Below are positions 1-11,862 of a stretch of DNA of 64,000 nt, one piece after another. The stretch comes from Macrostomum lignano (Eukaryota), in contig NIVC01002359.1 of assembly GCA_002269645.1 (NCBI GenBank), forward strand, positions 117,001 to 181,000. The letters run 5' to 3'. Within the stretch, counting starts at the first letter, position 1. The number at the start of each line of letters is the position of its first letter. A program made the position numbers and the translations under genes. The notes beneath the pieces were generated by a model. The model searched no databases. It was not told the origin of the DNA and worked only from the letters and a program-made list of their open reading frames with translations.

Positions 1-448
1 CTAAATTGACTTGTATTTATACACAGCAAATAATTCAATGCCAGCTTTGACTGAAAGCTTTTCATTGTGAATCTGAATGGCCCAATGTGTCGCATTGTAG
101 CCCCCGACAAAGGCTTTTAAACTGGGACCGATTGCTTCATTTGTCTTTTTCTGCTCTGCCGCGCTTGTAAATTTCTGAAAAAGAAATGTTTGCGCCACTG
201 ACGAGGCCGTGGAGATGCTAGGCTATTATGAAAAATTGCTCATCCACGAGGCGTTTGAAGCTGCGATGCTTTGAATTCGATTTTCAGCTCCCCGACAGGC
301 AGCAGTTTCAGCTCATTAGCTGTTTAGATTGAAGCTCCATTGTTGAGCTGAATTGTGCAGTTCTGCTATTGCCTTCTTGTAGGCTCTCACAATAACAGGA
401 TTCAGCTCTTTTTAAATAGGGCTCGACACCGTTTGCTGTTAGATAGGA

Positions 449-1052
449 GCAGTCCAAGGATCTGGAAGGGTGGCAGGTGGAGCAGCCAGAGGATCTGGGA
501 GGGTGGCGGGTGGAGCAGCCAGAGGAGCTGGGAGGGTGGCAGGTGGAGCAGCCAGAGGAGCTGGGAGGGTGGCGGGTGGGTCAGCCAGAGGATTTGGGAG
601 GGTGGCGGGGGATCAGCCAGAGGAGCTGGGAGGGTGGCGGGTGCAGCAGCCAGAGGATCTGGGAGGGTGGCAGGGGGGGGACCAGCCAGAGGATCTGGGA
701 GGGTGGCGGGTGGGTCAGCCAGAGGATCTGGGAGGGTGGCGGGGGATCAGCAAGAGGATCTGGGAGGGTGGCGGGGGATCAGCAAGAGGATCTGGGAGGG
801 TGGCGGGGGATCAGCAAGAGGATCTGGGAGGGTGGCGGGGGATCAGCAAGAGGATCTGGGAGGGTAGCGGCGGACCAGCCAGAGGATCTGGGAGGGTGGC
901 GGGGGACACCAGCCAGAGGATCTGGGAGGGTGGCGGGGGATCAGCAAGAGGATCTGGGAGGGGTAGCGGGGGACCAGCCAGAGGATCTGGGAGGGTGGCG
1001 GGGGATCAGCAAGAGGATCTGGGAGGGTGGCGGGGGACCAGCTAGAGGATCA
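449..1052. repeat. G-rich minisatellite, ~27-30 bp unit (GGGAGGGTGGCGGGGGATCAGCAAGAGGATCT)
   Basis: Tandem copies are visible directly and explain the three overlapping repetitive ORFs 355-1130. Confidence 0.95.
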
Positions 1053-1797
1053 GGGAGATCATTAATTATTGAGCAAGACCAATTGAGTAACCAATCGAGC
1101 ATTTTTACATTTTTCCCCTACCAAATGTAGCAAGCGACCGAACGAGATCTCAGTTTCATTGTACAAGCTTTTACTGCATTTAGTTGCTGACAACTTTTTA
1201 ATTGTAATCCAGTGTAAGAAATGTACTTGAACAATAAATGATCCACGCTACGCACTACCAGGCCGAGTAATCCAATAAAAAAATAAAAAATGGAGTTAAT
1301 ATTTTGTATTAAAAGCAACAGACTAGCTGTTGAAATAAAAAATTTATACCAACCGAATTTGAACGAAATGTGGGCTGGAGGCTTGGGCCTTTTCTCTCTT
1401 GCTCGCTATGAACACGCGCTGGATTTGGGTTTTTCAAGTTTTCCTGTTTTCCTGCAATCTTTAATTTTCAATAATATCTTTTTGAGCACTTTTGAGTCTG
1501 AGGCAGTCTGCAGTCAGCAAAACAGAATGAAGATGCCAATTTAATAGATCTGCTTTTAGAAATTCAGAGACTTAATCATTATCGATTCATTATCTTGTAA
1601 ATAAATGACTCTTTTTAACTTTCCCATTATATAGACGAAAACGCTAATTTTGCTACTGAAAAAGAGTAGATAAGCAAGTTTTTATAGTTTAAACATCGGC
1701 GAGTATCTGTGTCATAGGTGCCAGAGTGTGTGCCATGAATGCCAATTTGTCATGACTAACGAGTATTAGAGGTCAAAAAAGTGATGTACAGTATTTG

Positions 1798-1912
1798 TAG
1801 TTCATCCAGCTGTAAAATGGGTGCCAGTATTAGCTGTGGTAATTGAGTGTGTGGCGACCCCCTCCCCCCCCCCCCCCCCCCGACTTCTTGGACTGAACAG
1901 CCGTACGCAGCT
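1798..1912 (+). mobile_element. 5'-truncated copy of the CORE-type SINE found at 19140-19397
   Basis: TTCATCCAGCTGTAAAATGGGTGCCAGTATTAGCTG...GGACTGAACAGCCGTACGCAGC matches the reverse complement of ~19185-19280. Confidence 0.8.
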
Positions 1913-2055
1913 TTTAATCTATTATTATTATTTTAGTCATAGGTTGAAGCTGGGAGCGATATCAAATCAAAAGTTAGCAGTCGGCTGATTCCTAGAAATG
2001 TGCATATTTATCAAGAATTACTAGCGTATGTACTTTAGAATTGCCTGCAGCTTAC

Positions 2056-3976
2056 CATTGCCAATGTCAATAAGTACATCGTTAGCTCGCTGCGTGATGT
2101 CGCACTGTGTTTCAATTTTCTGTTCATCAGATAGTCCGTCAACTTTGTGTATGAACACTTCGAATTTAATCTTTGGATTAACCGAGTAGGCGCCGCTAAC
2201 GAGAACTTTCAGCCGATCAATAGCGTCAATGTATTCGTCTTGAGCGTCGATAACGAATACAATAGCGCCAGTGCTGGAGAAAGTGTCGTTGGCATCGAAC
2301 ACGTCGTTCATGTAGTCAATGTGGCCCGGCACGTCCCATACGGAGAACTGGATAAATGAGCAGTCGGACACCTCTGCGGGAATTTAGACAGAGTGGACTC
2401 ATATGAGACCGCTTGCTCACCTGCTACACGCAAACTCTATCTGCGACTGTCTAAAGCTCGTTCATCTGAGATCCAATTCATCTACCTAAAGGGCCAGATA
2501 GGGAATTTAGCCCTTGTCTGTGGGCCAGATGCGAGTGGAAAGGAAAGGGAATGGAAGACAAAAGATGAGAAAAGAGAGGAGAGGCAGGAAATGGTATGAG
2601 AGAAAAGATAAAAGAGGAGAGAAGAGGGGAGAGAGGGGAAAGAAAAAGAGAAGGGCGAGGGGAGAGGGGAAGAGAAGGGAGAGGGGAGAGAAGAGAGAGA
2701 GGATAAAAAGCTGAGCAGAGACACAAACCTTGAGCGGGCCGGATTGCCATTGTGAAGTTTCAAAGGACCGGAGTTCGCCGACCCTTAATTTGATACTTAG
2801 AGTTCTTTCCATTCACTCACCATCTTTCTGAATTTTGCAAGTGCTCTCGAGAAACAGCGTCTCATTGGGGCTCATCTTGTGGAACACCACTTTTTGGATA
2901 GAAGATTTGCCGCTCCGCCTCATTCCCATAACTAGAATGCGCGGCTTCTCGTCCGCGGCTGCCGACGCGCCGGCGACACCGCTACTGGACGACATGGCGC
3001 CGACACCGACTCCGTTGACGGAGGCGACACCAGCCTGCGTTGCAGTTACGAAATTTAAGTGGGAATACAACATTAATCAAGGCAAAGATTTAATATCATA
3101 AAAATAGATGATCTATTTACACAACCGAATGTGGGATCTATCTACACAACCAAATGTGGGATCTATCTACACAACCGAATGTGGGATCTATCTCTACACA
3201 ACCGAATGTGGGATCTATCTCTACACAACCGAATGTGGGATCTATCTACACAACCAAATGTGGGATCTATCTACACAACCGAATGTGGGATCTATCTCTA
3301 CACAACCGAATGTGGGATCTATCTCTACACAACCGAATGTGGGATCTATCTCTACACAACCGAATGTGGGATCTATCTACACAACCGAATGTGGGATCTA
3401 TCTACACAACGGAATGTGGGATCTATCTCTACACAACCGAATGTGGGATCTATCTACACAACCGAATGTGGGATCTATCTCTACACAACCGAATGTGGGA
3501 TCTATCTACACAACCGAATGTGGGATCTATCTCTACACAACCGAATGTGGGATCTATCTTTACACAACCGAATGTGGGATCTATCTCTACACAACCGAAT
3601 GTGGGATCTATCTCTACACAACCGAATGTGGGATCTATCTCTACACAACCGAATGTGGGATCTATCTCTACACAACCGAATGTGGGAAATGTGGAATCTA
3701 TCTACACTATCAAATGCGGGATCTATCTACACAATCGAATGTGGGTTCTAACTACACTATTAAATGCGGAATCTATTTGCAAGTTTTTCCTGCAAATTAG
3801 ATGAGATTTTCCCAGAAACGATAAAACTGTGAAAATCAGCAGTCCCCCCAGCTCACCTGATCGTACCCATACTGCACGGGGAAGCTACCAACAACGTAAC
3901 TGCCAACTGTGGCTTCCTCTTCAACAGCGGCGGCTGCCCCTAGCTGCTGCTGCTGTGGCTGTTGCGCTGCTGACAT
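2056..3976 (-). CDS. RRAGC: Rag GTPase of the RagC/RagD subfamily, first three exons; C-terminal exons not found in the window
   Basis: Exons 3976-3857 (MSAAQQ...[11 protein letters not shown]), 3034-2821 and 2373-2056, all GT-AG with matching phases (0, 1). Motifs: P-loop [46 protein letters not shown] and [18 protein letters not shown], all typical of RagC/D. C versus D cannot be resolved. Confidence 0.93.
2470..2790 (-). mobile_element. MITE-like dispersed repeat with CT-rich core, copy A (RagC intron 2)
   Basis: Shares the left-end block GGTCCTTTGAAACTTCACAATGGCAATCCGGCCCGCTCAAGGTTT and the right-end block ATCTGGCCC...GGCCCTTT(G)AGGTA with copies near 5330, 13600-14345, 16853-17715 and 42902-43802. 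Confidence 0.7.
3108..3780. repeat. 27/29-bp minisatellite (TCTACACAACCGAATGTGGGATCTATC) in RagC intron 1
   Basis: Direct tandem copies; source of ORFs 3108-3804. Confidence 0.95.
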
Positions 3977-4609
3977 AGTTCGCAATAGCAATCCAAGCTT
4001 TTTTCACATAAATAATATTCGATCGATTCAAATGTATATAATAGACCTGCCAATCTGAGTACTAACCGCAACCAACTTTGCTTAACTTAGCCTAATAAGG
4101 CCAGCAACCCAATACTGTTATTTATCATCAAAATACACAATAGCTAAGATAATACTAATGCATCATATTAAAAATAGTAAAAAATAAAATATATAAAGGT
4201 AAGCAGCTCAAATTCATAATGCGAGTAGGAATGCCAGATGCCAAAGATATATAATATATTTACTCTGGCTACATTCTTACACAGTAATTCTAAACCTAAC
4301 AAATTTAGTTACTCGCAAACTCTAAAGTTACCAAGCGTCTAACACGCAGTCTAAGTACGTACAAATAAGAACAAAATTATTCACGGGAAAAATTGAAAAA
4401 TTCAAAGCATGAGATTAACGGTTAGTGCGAATGGCTAAATTCAACACTGAATTTGATGAATAAACAGCGCAAATGAAATTTCATAATTCCAAATTAACAT
4501 GCTGACGCGATAGATTGAAAGCTGAAAAAAGGTTCCATTTTATAGCATTAATGTAGGAATGGATTAATGGAATTCTGGATGCCTCAACAGTCGCTACTGT
4601 TGGGGCACA

Positions 4610-4611
<2 letters not shown>

Positions 4612-4665
<54 letters not shown>

Positions 4666-4740
4666 TAGTGTCTGTCTGTCTGTCCGTCTGTCTTAGTATC
4701 TGTCTGCCTGTCTGTCTGTCTTAGTGTCTGTCTGTCTTAG

Positions 4741-4777
<37 letters not shown>

Positions 4778-4790
4778 TAGTGTCTGTCTA

Positions 4791-4825
<35 letters not shown>

Positions 4826-4858
4826 TAGTGTCTGTTTGTCTTTCTGTCTGTCTGTCTG
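4612..4858. repeat. (TGTC)n microsatellite with TTAG interruptions
   Basis: Seen directly, between IVD and RagC. Confidence 0.95.
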
Positions 4859-5060
4859 TATTAAATAGCCAGCCGTTGGCCACTATCTTATTTTAATAGT
4901 TCCCCTTCCAGCTATATCTAAAAGACACAGACAAAAGTACACATGAAAATAATTAGCTGTACAAGTGAAAATAAAACAGACAAAAACACTACTTGGAAAC
5001 GCAGGCAAGGCGCAAATCTCAATCAAACGCAGAAAATAACACAGCATTTTAATCTACAAA

Positions 5061-8000
5061 TTAAGATTTATAAATATTGTTAATAGCCCGACCAATAACT
5101 AGGCGTCGAACCTCGGACGTGCCGGCGCCAATTTCGTACAGTTTAGCGTCGCGCAGCAGCCGGCCAGCCGGGTATTCGTTAATATAGCCGTTGCCGCCCA
5201 GGATTTGAATGGCGTCCAGGGCCGACTGAGTGGCATCTTCGGCGCATTTCAGTATCACTCCGGCGCAGTCCATAGGCTGTCGCGAGCCCTGAGATGGAGA
5301 TAATAGGTTTCGAAGGAAGTATTAGAAGGGCCGGTCTATCCGGCCCTCCGGTCCTTTGAAACTTAGCAATAGCAATCCGGCCCGCTCAAGGTTTCTGTCT
5401 CTTTTACAGATACTCGTACTAAAATAACTAAAAAAATAGTTATTCCACTAGTATCCATGGTCTCTTCTCAGGTCTCTCTTTCTCTCCTTTTCTCTTATCT
5501 CCCTTCTTCTTACCTCTCCTCTCTTTTCTCTCCCTCTCCTATCACCTCTCGTCTATCATCCCCCTCTGTACACACTGTTGTACTCTCGTGCAGCAACCCT
5601 TACTTAACTTCCCAATTTTGCGACATCTTTTACACGCTATATATCTTTGGCCATCGTGGACACTGTGGTGAGCCACCAACACCCTGCTCTGTAGACACTG
5701 CAGTGAGACGCCTACACCCCCTCTGTGGACACTGCGGTAAACCGCCTGCATCCCCTCTGTGGACACTACGTAAACCGCCTACACCCACTCTGTGGAAACT
5801 GCACTGAGCCGCCTACACCTCATCTCATCCGTAACCCCCTGATCTCCATAGGTTTTACTTGCCTATCCAAAAGGTTCTACTGTTGACAATATGTTGAGTG
5901 AAGCCCACCATACATGCGCAACCCGCCTGATTTACACTGGCCATGCGACTTACTTTTTGACCAAAAATGCGACTTACCTGTGAAAGAAACCCTAACGCAA
6001 TTTTGGGTAAACGGCAGGAGTAACTATGACTGTCTTATAAGGGCTAAATGCCTCGTCATCCAATTAGTTCTACGTCTGTATTCTTTAGGCTGGGCATTTT
6101 TGCGACTTACCCCTTGTCCACCACAATTTACGGTGGCCAGATCGGCCAGGTCGGCCAGCAGTTGCGCATGTATGAAGCCCACCAATAACTAAACTGTAAA
6201 TATATATACATATAACAGGTGTAAACACACACAGCCACTCACCTGAGCCAGAGCCCTAGCAACAGAATAAACGTAGCACCGACCACTAGTCAATCGGCAA
6301 TACATATCGGCCATTTTGCCTTGCAACAATTGAAACTGCCCAATAGACTGGCCAAACGCTTTGCGAATGTGGGCATATTGGAATGCGGTATCGCAGGCGG
6401 CCTGCATAATACCCAACGGCCCGGCAGACAATAGCAGCCGTTCAATGTCCAGGCCGGACATCAGCACGTACACGCCACCGTCTAGGCGGCCCATGACCCG
6501 ATCAGCCGGCACTCGAACTCCGTCGAATACCAATTCGCCCGTGTTGCTACCCCGCATGCCAAGTTTGTCCAGCTTGCGAGAACAACTGAAACCGGGCGAG
6601 TCTCGCTCTACTAGAAATGTTGTAATACCGTGCGCCCCAGCCTCCGGTTTAGTCTTGGCGTACACCACTATTACATCCGCGTCTGGACCGTTGGTGATCC
6701 AAAATTTGCTGCCATTCAGCACGTAGGAGCCGTCAGACTGACAAAGAGAGATATTTTCGAAAAAATCATCACTGAAGATACCTTTTAGTCTGAATATTTA
6801 ACTCTTGTTGCTGAGTAGCCCTTGCCTAATACTGGCTTCAAGACTCTTTGCTGAGTAGCCCTTGCCTAATACTGGCTTGAAGACTCTTTGCTGAGTAGCC
6901 CTTGCCTAATACTGGCTTCAAGACTCTTGTTGCTGAGTAGCCCTTGCCTAATACTGGCTTCAAGACTCTTGTTGCTGAGTAGCCCTTGCCTAATACTGGC
7001 TTCAAGACTCTTTGCTGAGTAGCCCTTACCTAATACTGGCTTCAAGACTCTTGTTGCTGAGTAGCCCTTGCCTAATACTGGCTTCAAGACTCTTTGCTGA
7101 GTAGCCCTTGCCTAATACTGGCTTCAAGACTCTTGTTGCTGAGTAGCCCTCGCCTAATACTGGCTTCAAGACTCTTTGCTGAGTAGCCACTGCCTAATAC
7201 TGGCTTCAAGACTCTTTGCTGATATATCGTGTGGATTCATTACTTTATCTTTTTTTTAAACTTTATAAACCCCAATAAACGGAAATTCCCCAGAGTAAAT
7301 AAAGTTAGTATCGCCATTATTACCTGCTTGTCGGCGCGCATAGTCATCGACACAACGTCGGACCCGGCATTTGGTTCCGACATTGCTAGCGCGCCAATCC
7401 ATTCGCCGCTAATTAATTTCGGCAGGTAACGGCTCTTCTGCTCGTCGGTGCCGTGTCGGACAATCTGATTGACGCACAGGTTCGAATGGGCTCCGTAGCT
7501 TAGGGCCACTGCGGCGCAGGCCCGGGACATCTCCTCCATTACGATGGCGTGATCCAGGTAGGAGGCGCCCAGGCCACCGTACTCCGCTGGGGAAATTCCA
7601 TGGTAAAGGTGGTGATTCTTTATGAGAGGGTAGGGATTCTTGATGGGAGGGTAGGGATTCTTGATGGGAGGGTAGGGATTATTGATGGGAGGGTAGGGAT
7701 TCTTGAAGGGATAGTAGGGATTCTTGATGAGAGAGTAGGGATTCTTGATGGGAGGGTAGGGATTCTTGATGAGAGGGTAGGGATTCTTGATTGGAGGGTA
7801 GGGATTCTTGATTGGAGGGTAGGGATTCTTGATGAGAGGGTAGGGATTCTTGAAGGGATAGTAGGGATTCTTGATGAGAGAGTAGGGATTCTTGATGGGA
7901 GGGTAGGGATTCTTGATGGGAGGGTAGGGATTCTTGATTGGAGGGTAGGGATTCTTGATTGGAGGGTAGGGATTCTTGATGAGAGGGTAGGGATTCTTGA

Positions 8001-11000
8001 TTGGAGGATAGGGATTCTTGATTGGAGGATAGGGATTCTTGATGGGAGGGTAGGTATTCTTGAAGGGTCAGTAGGGATTCTTGATGAGAGAGTAGGGATT
8101 CTTGATGGGAGGGTAGGGATTCTTGATGGGAGGGTAGGGATTCTTGATTGGAGGGTAGGGATTCTTGATGAGAGGGTAGGGATTCTTGATTGGAGGATAG
8201 GGATTCTTGATTGGAGGATAGGGATTCTTGATTGGAGGGTAGGGATTCTTGATGAGAGGGTAGGGATTCTTGATTGGAGGATAGGGATTCTTGATTGGAG
8301 GATAGGGATTCTTGATGGGAGGGTAGGTATTCTTGAAGGGTCAGTAGGGATTCTTGATGAGAGAGTAGGGATTCTTGACGGGAGGGTAGGGATTCTTGAT
8401 GGGAGGGTAGGGATTCTTGATTGGAGGGTAGGGATTCTTGATGAGAGGGTAGGGATTCTTGATTGGAGGATAGGGATTCTTGATTGGAGGATAGGGATTC
8501 TTGATGAGAGGGTAGGGATTCTTGATTGGAAGGTAGGGATTTTTAATTGGAAGGTAGGGATTCTTGATTGGAGGGTAGGGATTTTTAATTGGAAGGTAGG
8601 GATTCTTGATTGGAGGGTAGGGATTCTTAATGGGAGGGTAGGGATTCTTGATGAGAGGGTAGGGATTCTTGATTGGAGGATAGGGATTCTTGATGAGAGG
8701 GTAGGGATTCTTGATTGGAAGGTAGGGATTCTTGATTGGAAGGTAGGGATTTTTAATTGGAAGGTAGGATTCTTGATTGGAGGGTAGGTATTCTTGATGG
8801 GAGGGTAGGGATTCTTGATTGGAAGGTTAGGGATTCTTGATTGGAGGTAGGGATTCTTGATGGGAGGTAAGGATTCTTGATGGGAGGGTAGGGATCTTTG
8901 ATGGGAGGGTAAGGATCTTTGATGGGAGGGTAGGGATCTTTGATGGGAGGGTAGGGATCTTTGATGGGAGGGTAAGGATCTTTTATGGGAGGGTAAGGAT
9001 CTTTGATGGGAGGGTATGGATCTTTGATGGCAGGGTAGAGAATTTCAATTGGAGGCTGGAGTGGGGGGGAGGATTGACTGGAGGCGAAGATCGTTGGTTT
9101 TTTCAGAGAGATACTTCGTCTTAATTAGTGATTAGAAGCCCCCTAATCGAAGTGGGAAATGGAGGCCTTTTGCAAAAATTATAAAACTTACTGATTTAGT
9201 TTTGCCCAGTATCAAAATGTATACTCGTAAATACATATGTATTTATTGAGCTCATATAAATAGATTATTATCATACTTACTAGGCGCTGTAACACCAAGA
9301 ATTCCAAGTTCTCCACACTGCCTCCAGAACTTCTGCAATAAAAAAGTTTTTAATAAATTTGTTGGCTTTTTTCTAAATCAAATTTTAAATTTTGATTTGT
9401 CCTTACTACATTACCTTAATGTCTTTGAAGTCATTTTCAGCATCAATTTGTTGTGCCTTTGGAGCCAACTCTTTCTGGCAGAATTGAAATATAGTTTGGC
9501 GCAACTAAAAAGGAGAATATAAAATTTGTTAAGCAACTAAAAAATTAAAGAAATAATTCTTAACGAATTAATCACAATTAAAACAAATGAATTTTTCCTA
9601 TGTAACATTATTTTCTTTTCATGGGATCTTTGATGGAAGGGTAAGGATCTTTGATGGGAGGGTAGGGATCTTTGATAGGAGGGTAAGGATCTTTAATAGG
9701 AGGGTAGGGATCTTTGATGGGAGGGTAAGGATCTTTACCTTACCCTTTTACCCTTTACCCTTACCCTTTACCCTTTACCTTTACCTTTACCATATTGATG
9801 GCGTAAGGAAAAACTTAGCTATATATAACTTCATCAGCTTTGTACAAATGGAGCAAAGAGAAATCCATTATGTAATATATGACCTGGATGGCCACATACT
9901 TTGTTGCCTCAACTGGTTATGGAAGCAAAGCAATAATGCCCATAGGCCTTAACAGTTTTATAAGCAAGCAAAAATTATTAGAGCTTAGCAGGTTTGCACT
10001 CCATAGTTCAGATCATGGCAGGCATAGGCTAGAATGAAAATTCATGTTTTTTCAATTTTACACTAATGTAAAATAAATAAAATTTTTACACCAAGACTAA
10101 AATTGTTTATACGTCATTTTTTAAAGAATATATATTTTTAGGAATTCAAAACTTTTATTAAACTTTAAAATGGCTGTTTTTTGCTAAAAACTGATTTTCT
10201 TTGTTTTAATTTTGACTTTCTTGTGATTACATTATTATTTTCTAGTTTAGTTTCTGATTTTTTAAAGAGCTTTCAACGTTGGTTGATATTTAACTACATG
10301 TTTACATTAGCCTTGAACTTGGCTATTTTTTGTATACCAACTACGTACACTTCATGTTGAACTTGAAAATTATATACGCCAAGTGTATGCCAAGATTGTC
10401 AGCAAGACCAAAAATACACTGGAAAATTCTTGCATAAAGGAATAGAAAATTCTGGAACCACCTTCTGGACTATGGTTTATACTAAAGAATAAAATTATAA
10501 TGAAAACTTAAATACATAGGCCTATACAGTGTGCATTTAGAATTTAGATGCCAATTATAGTAACAAGTACAATCTCTAAGCATGTATTTCAATCCTATAT
10601 TTTACAGACTATTGATTGAGTAACAATCTTTACCTATAAAAATCAAAACTCTGTCTGTCTGTCTGTGGACAAATTACTTTGTTTATGTAGTAGCGGTACC
10701 TTATTTCTAGGAATTATTGTTTTTGAACTAACGCGAAAATTAATATTCTTTTGTTATAATACGCAAAATATTCTCAAGTTATAAGAGTTTGTTTTAAATA
10801 TACGCGATTTATTGGTATAAATAGGAGAGAGCTGAAGGGATGGAAGAATAACTCGTTTGTTAGCTATAAGCTCAAAACGTGTTCGATAAACATTCTCAGA
10901 TCTTTGCTCATTTTAAAAAGGTATTGAAAGTCAGAATTGGGAATTCATGCAGAGAGAGTACTAAGAATAATCGCTGTGACCCTCTAATCTTGGTAACGCC

Positions 11001-11862
11001 CAGACTGGAGAGAGAAAGTACATATACCAGTAAGACCGCTCAGGCCATATACTAAGAACGCTACCAGACTAATACATAAGACGCTACCAGACTAATACAT
11101 AAGAACGCTACCAGAAACGCTACTAAAAATGCTACCCAGAAAATACATGAGATTCTAAGAAACAGTTAGAAATACTAAAAGCAGAATTTAGTATCAGCAG
11201 TATAAATTCGATAGCAGGGAATTTGAAGGCCTGTCCCTGTCACAACTTGGTAACAGCGGTGAAATCATTTGTAGGGACAGAAGTTACCCCTGGAACATTT
11301 ACATATATAACAAAAAAATCAAGTCACAATTTACAGCTTAGAAAAATCTTGGGATAACAAAGTGTCTTCAAAAAATGGTCACTTTGTCATCTAGATTTCT
11401 AACCATTTTTGGTATGACAAAGTGTCCAAAAACCATGGTCACTTCATCATCTAGATGATGAACTGGTAGGATAACAGTGTCTAGGAACTATATAGGCCTA
11501 CCCAAATAAAAATTAAATAATTACAAATTCATGCCAAAAGTCTTTTATACATATTACAATATATTTAAACAAACATGCATAGGCATAGGCCTAGCCCAAA
11601 CCTAATTATTAAAATAGGCCTACAATATACACATACTACATAGTCACTTTGGTTTTGATGCATCAATTTTTACCTGCTTTTGTTCATCTGTAAGTCCATA
11701 AAGCTCATCATTAATTGGAAAGAACTCAGTAGAGTAAAGGCGGGTAGAGCTTGAATTTAAACTAAAACTGCAGGACTTGCCTAACTTCTGAAGAAATTGT
11801 CTTGCACTAGGCCTAGCAGAAGTGCATACTTGGGAATGAAGTACTGGCCTAATAAATTGCAT
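5061..11862 (-). CDS. IVD: Isovaleryl-CoA dehydrogenase, mitochondrial; six exons, 438 aa
   Basis: Exons 11862-11674, 9504-9415, 9332-9281, 7586-7324, 6737-6243 and 5288-5061; all GT-AG, phases consistent, 1317 nt total. Motifs: [51 protein letters not shown] (IVD-position catalytic Glu), [36 protein letters not shown]. The N-terminus is an Arg/Ser-rich presequence. Confidence 0.97.
5325..5660 (+). mobile_element. MITE-like CT-core repeat, copy B (IVD intron 5); right end degenerate
   Basis: CCGGCCCTCCGGTCCTTTGAAACTTAGCAATAGCAATCCGGCCCGCTCAAGGTTT at ~5340-5395 followed by a CT-rich tract. Confidence 0.55.
5909..6174. mobile_element. 266-bp hAT-type MITE carrying a 28S rRNA-like fragment
   Basis: Perfect 14-bp TIRs CATACATGCGCAAC (5909-5922) and GTTGCGCATGTATG (6161-6174); perfect 8-bp TSD AAGCCCAC (5901-5908, 6175-6182). 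Confidence 0.9.
6005..6068 (+). other. 64-bp fragment resembling the conserved eukaryotic 28S rRNA core around the R2/I-PpoI site (not an rRNA gene)
   Basis: GGGTAAACGGCAGGAGTAACTATGACTGTCTTATAAGGGCTAAATGCCTCGTCATCCAATTAGT versus the recalled conserved 28S GGGTAAACGGCGGGAGTAACTATGACTCTCTTAAGGTAGCCAAATGCCTCGTCATCTAATTAGT: 55/64 identical without gaps. Confidence 0.85.
6803..7222. repeat. 39/42-bp minisatellite (GCTGAGTAGCCCTTGCCTAATACTGGCTTCAAGACTCTT) in IVD intron 4
   Basis: Direct tandem copies. Confidence 0.95.
7612..9035. repeat. 21-bp G-rich minisatellite (GGGATTCTTGATGGGAGGGTA) in IVD intron 3
   Basis: Direct tandem copies; source of ORF 7549-8787. A short block of the same family lies at ~9623-9735 in intron 1. 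Confidence 0.95.

Noticed and set aside
1-198. 65-aa minus-strand ORF as the RagC continuation or a GIY-YIG fragment
   Set aside because: No similarity to the RagC C-terminus and only a vague resemblance to anything else.
2393-2599. Plus-strand ORF containing [14 protein letters not shown], which resembles RagC YLKEVTKFLALVC
   Set aside because: It is on the wrong strand, lies inside intron 2 and is derived from a dispersed repeat end. The resemblance is coincidental.
6005-6068. Functional rRNA gene
   Set aside because: Only 64 bp match, and the flanks are MITE sequence inside an intron.
10687-11275. Possible LTR remnant in IVD intron 1 (TGTAG start, TATAAATA, TGGTAAC motifs)
   Set aside because: No second LTR, TSD or clear CA end could be defined.
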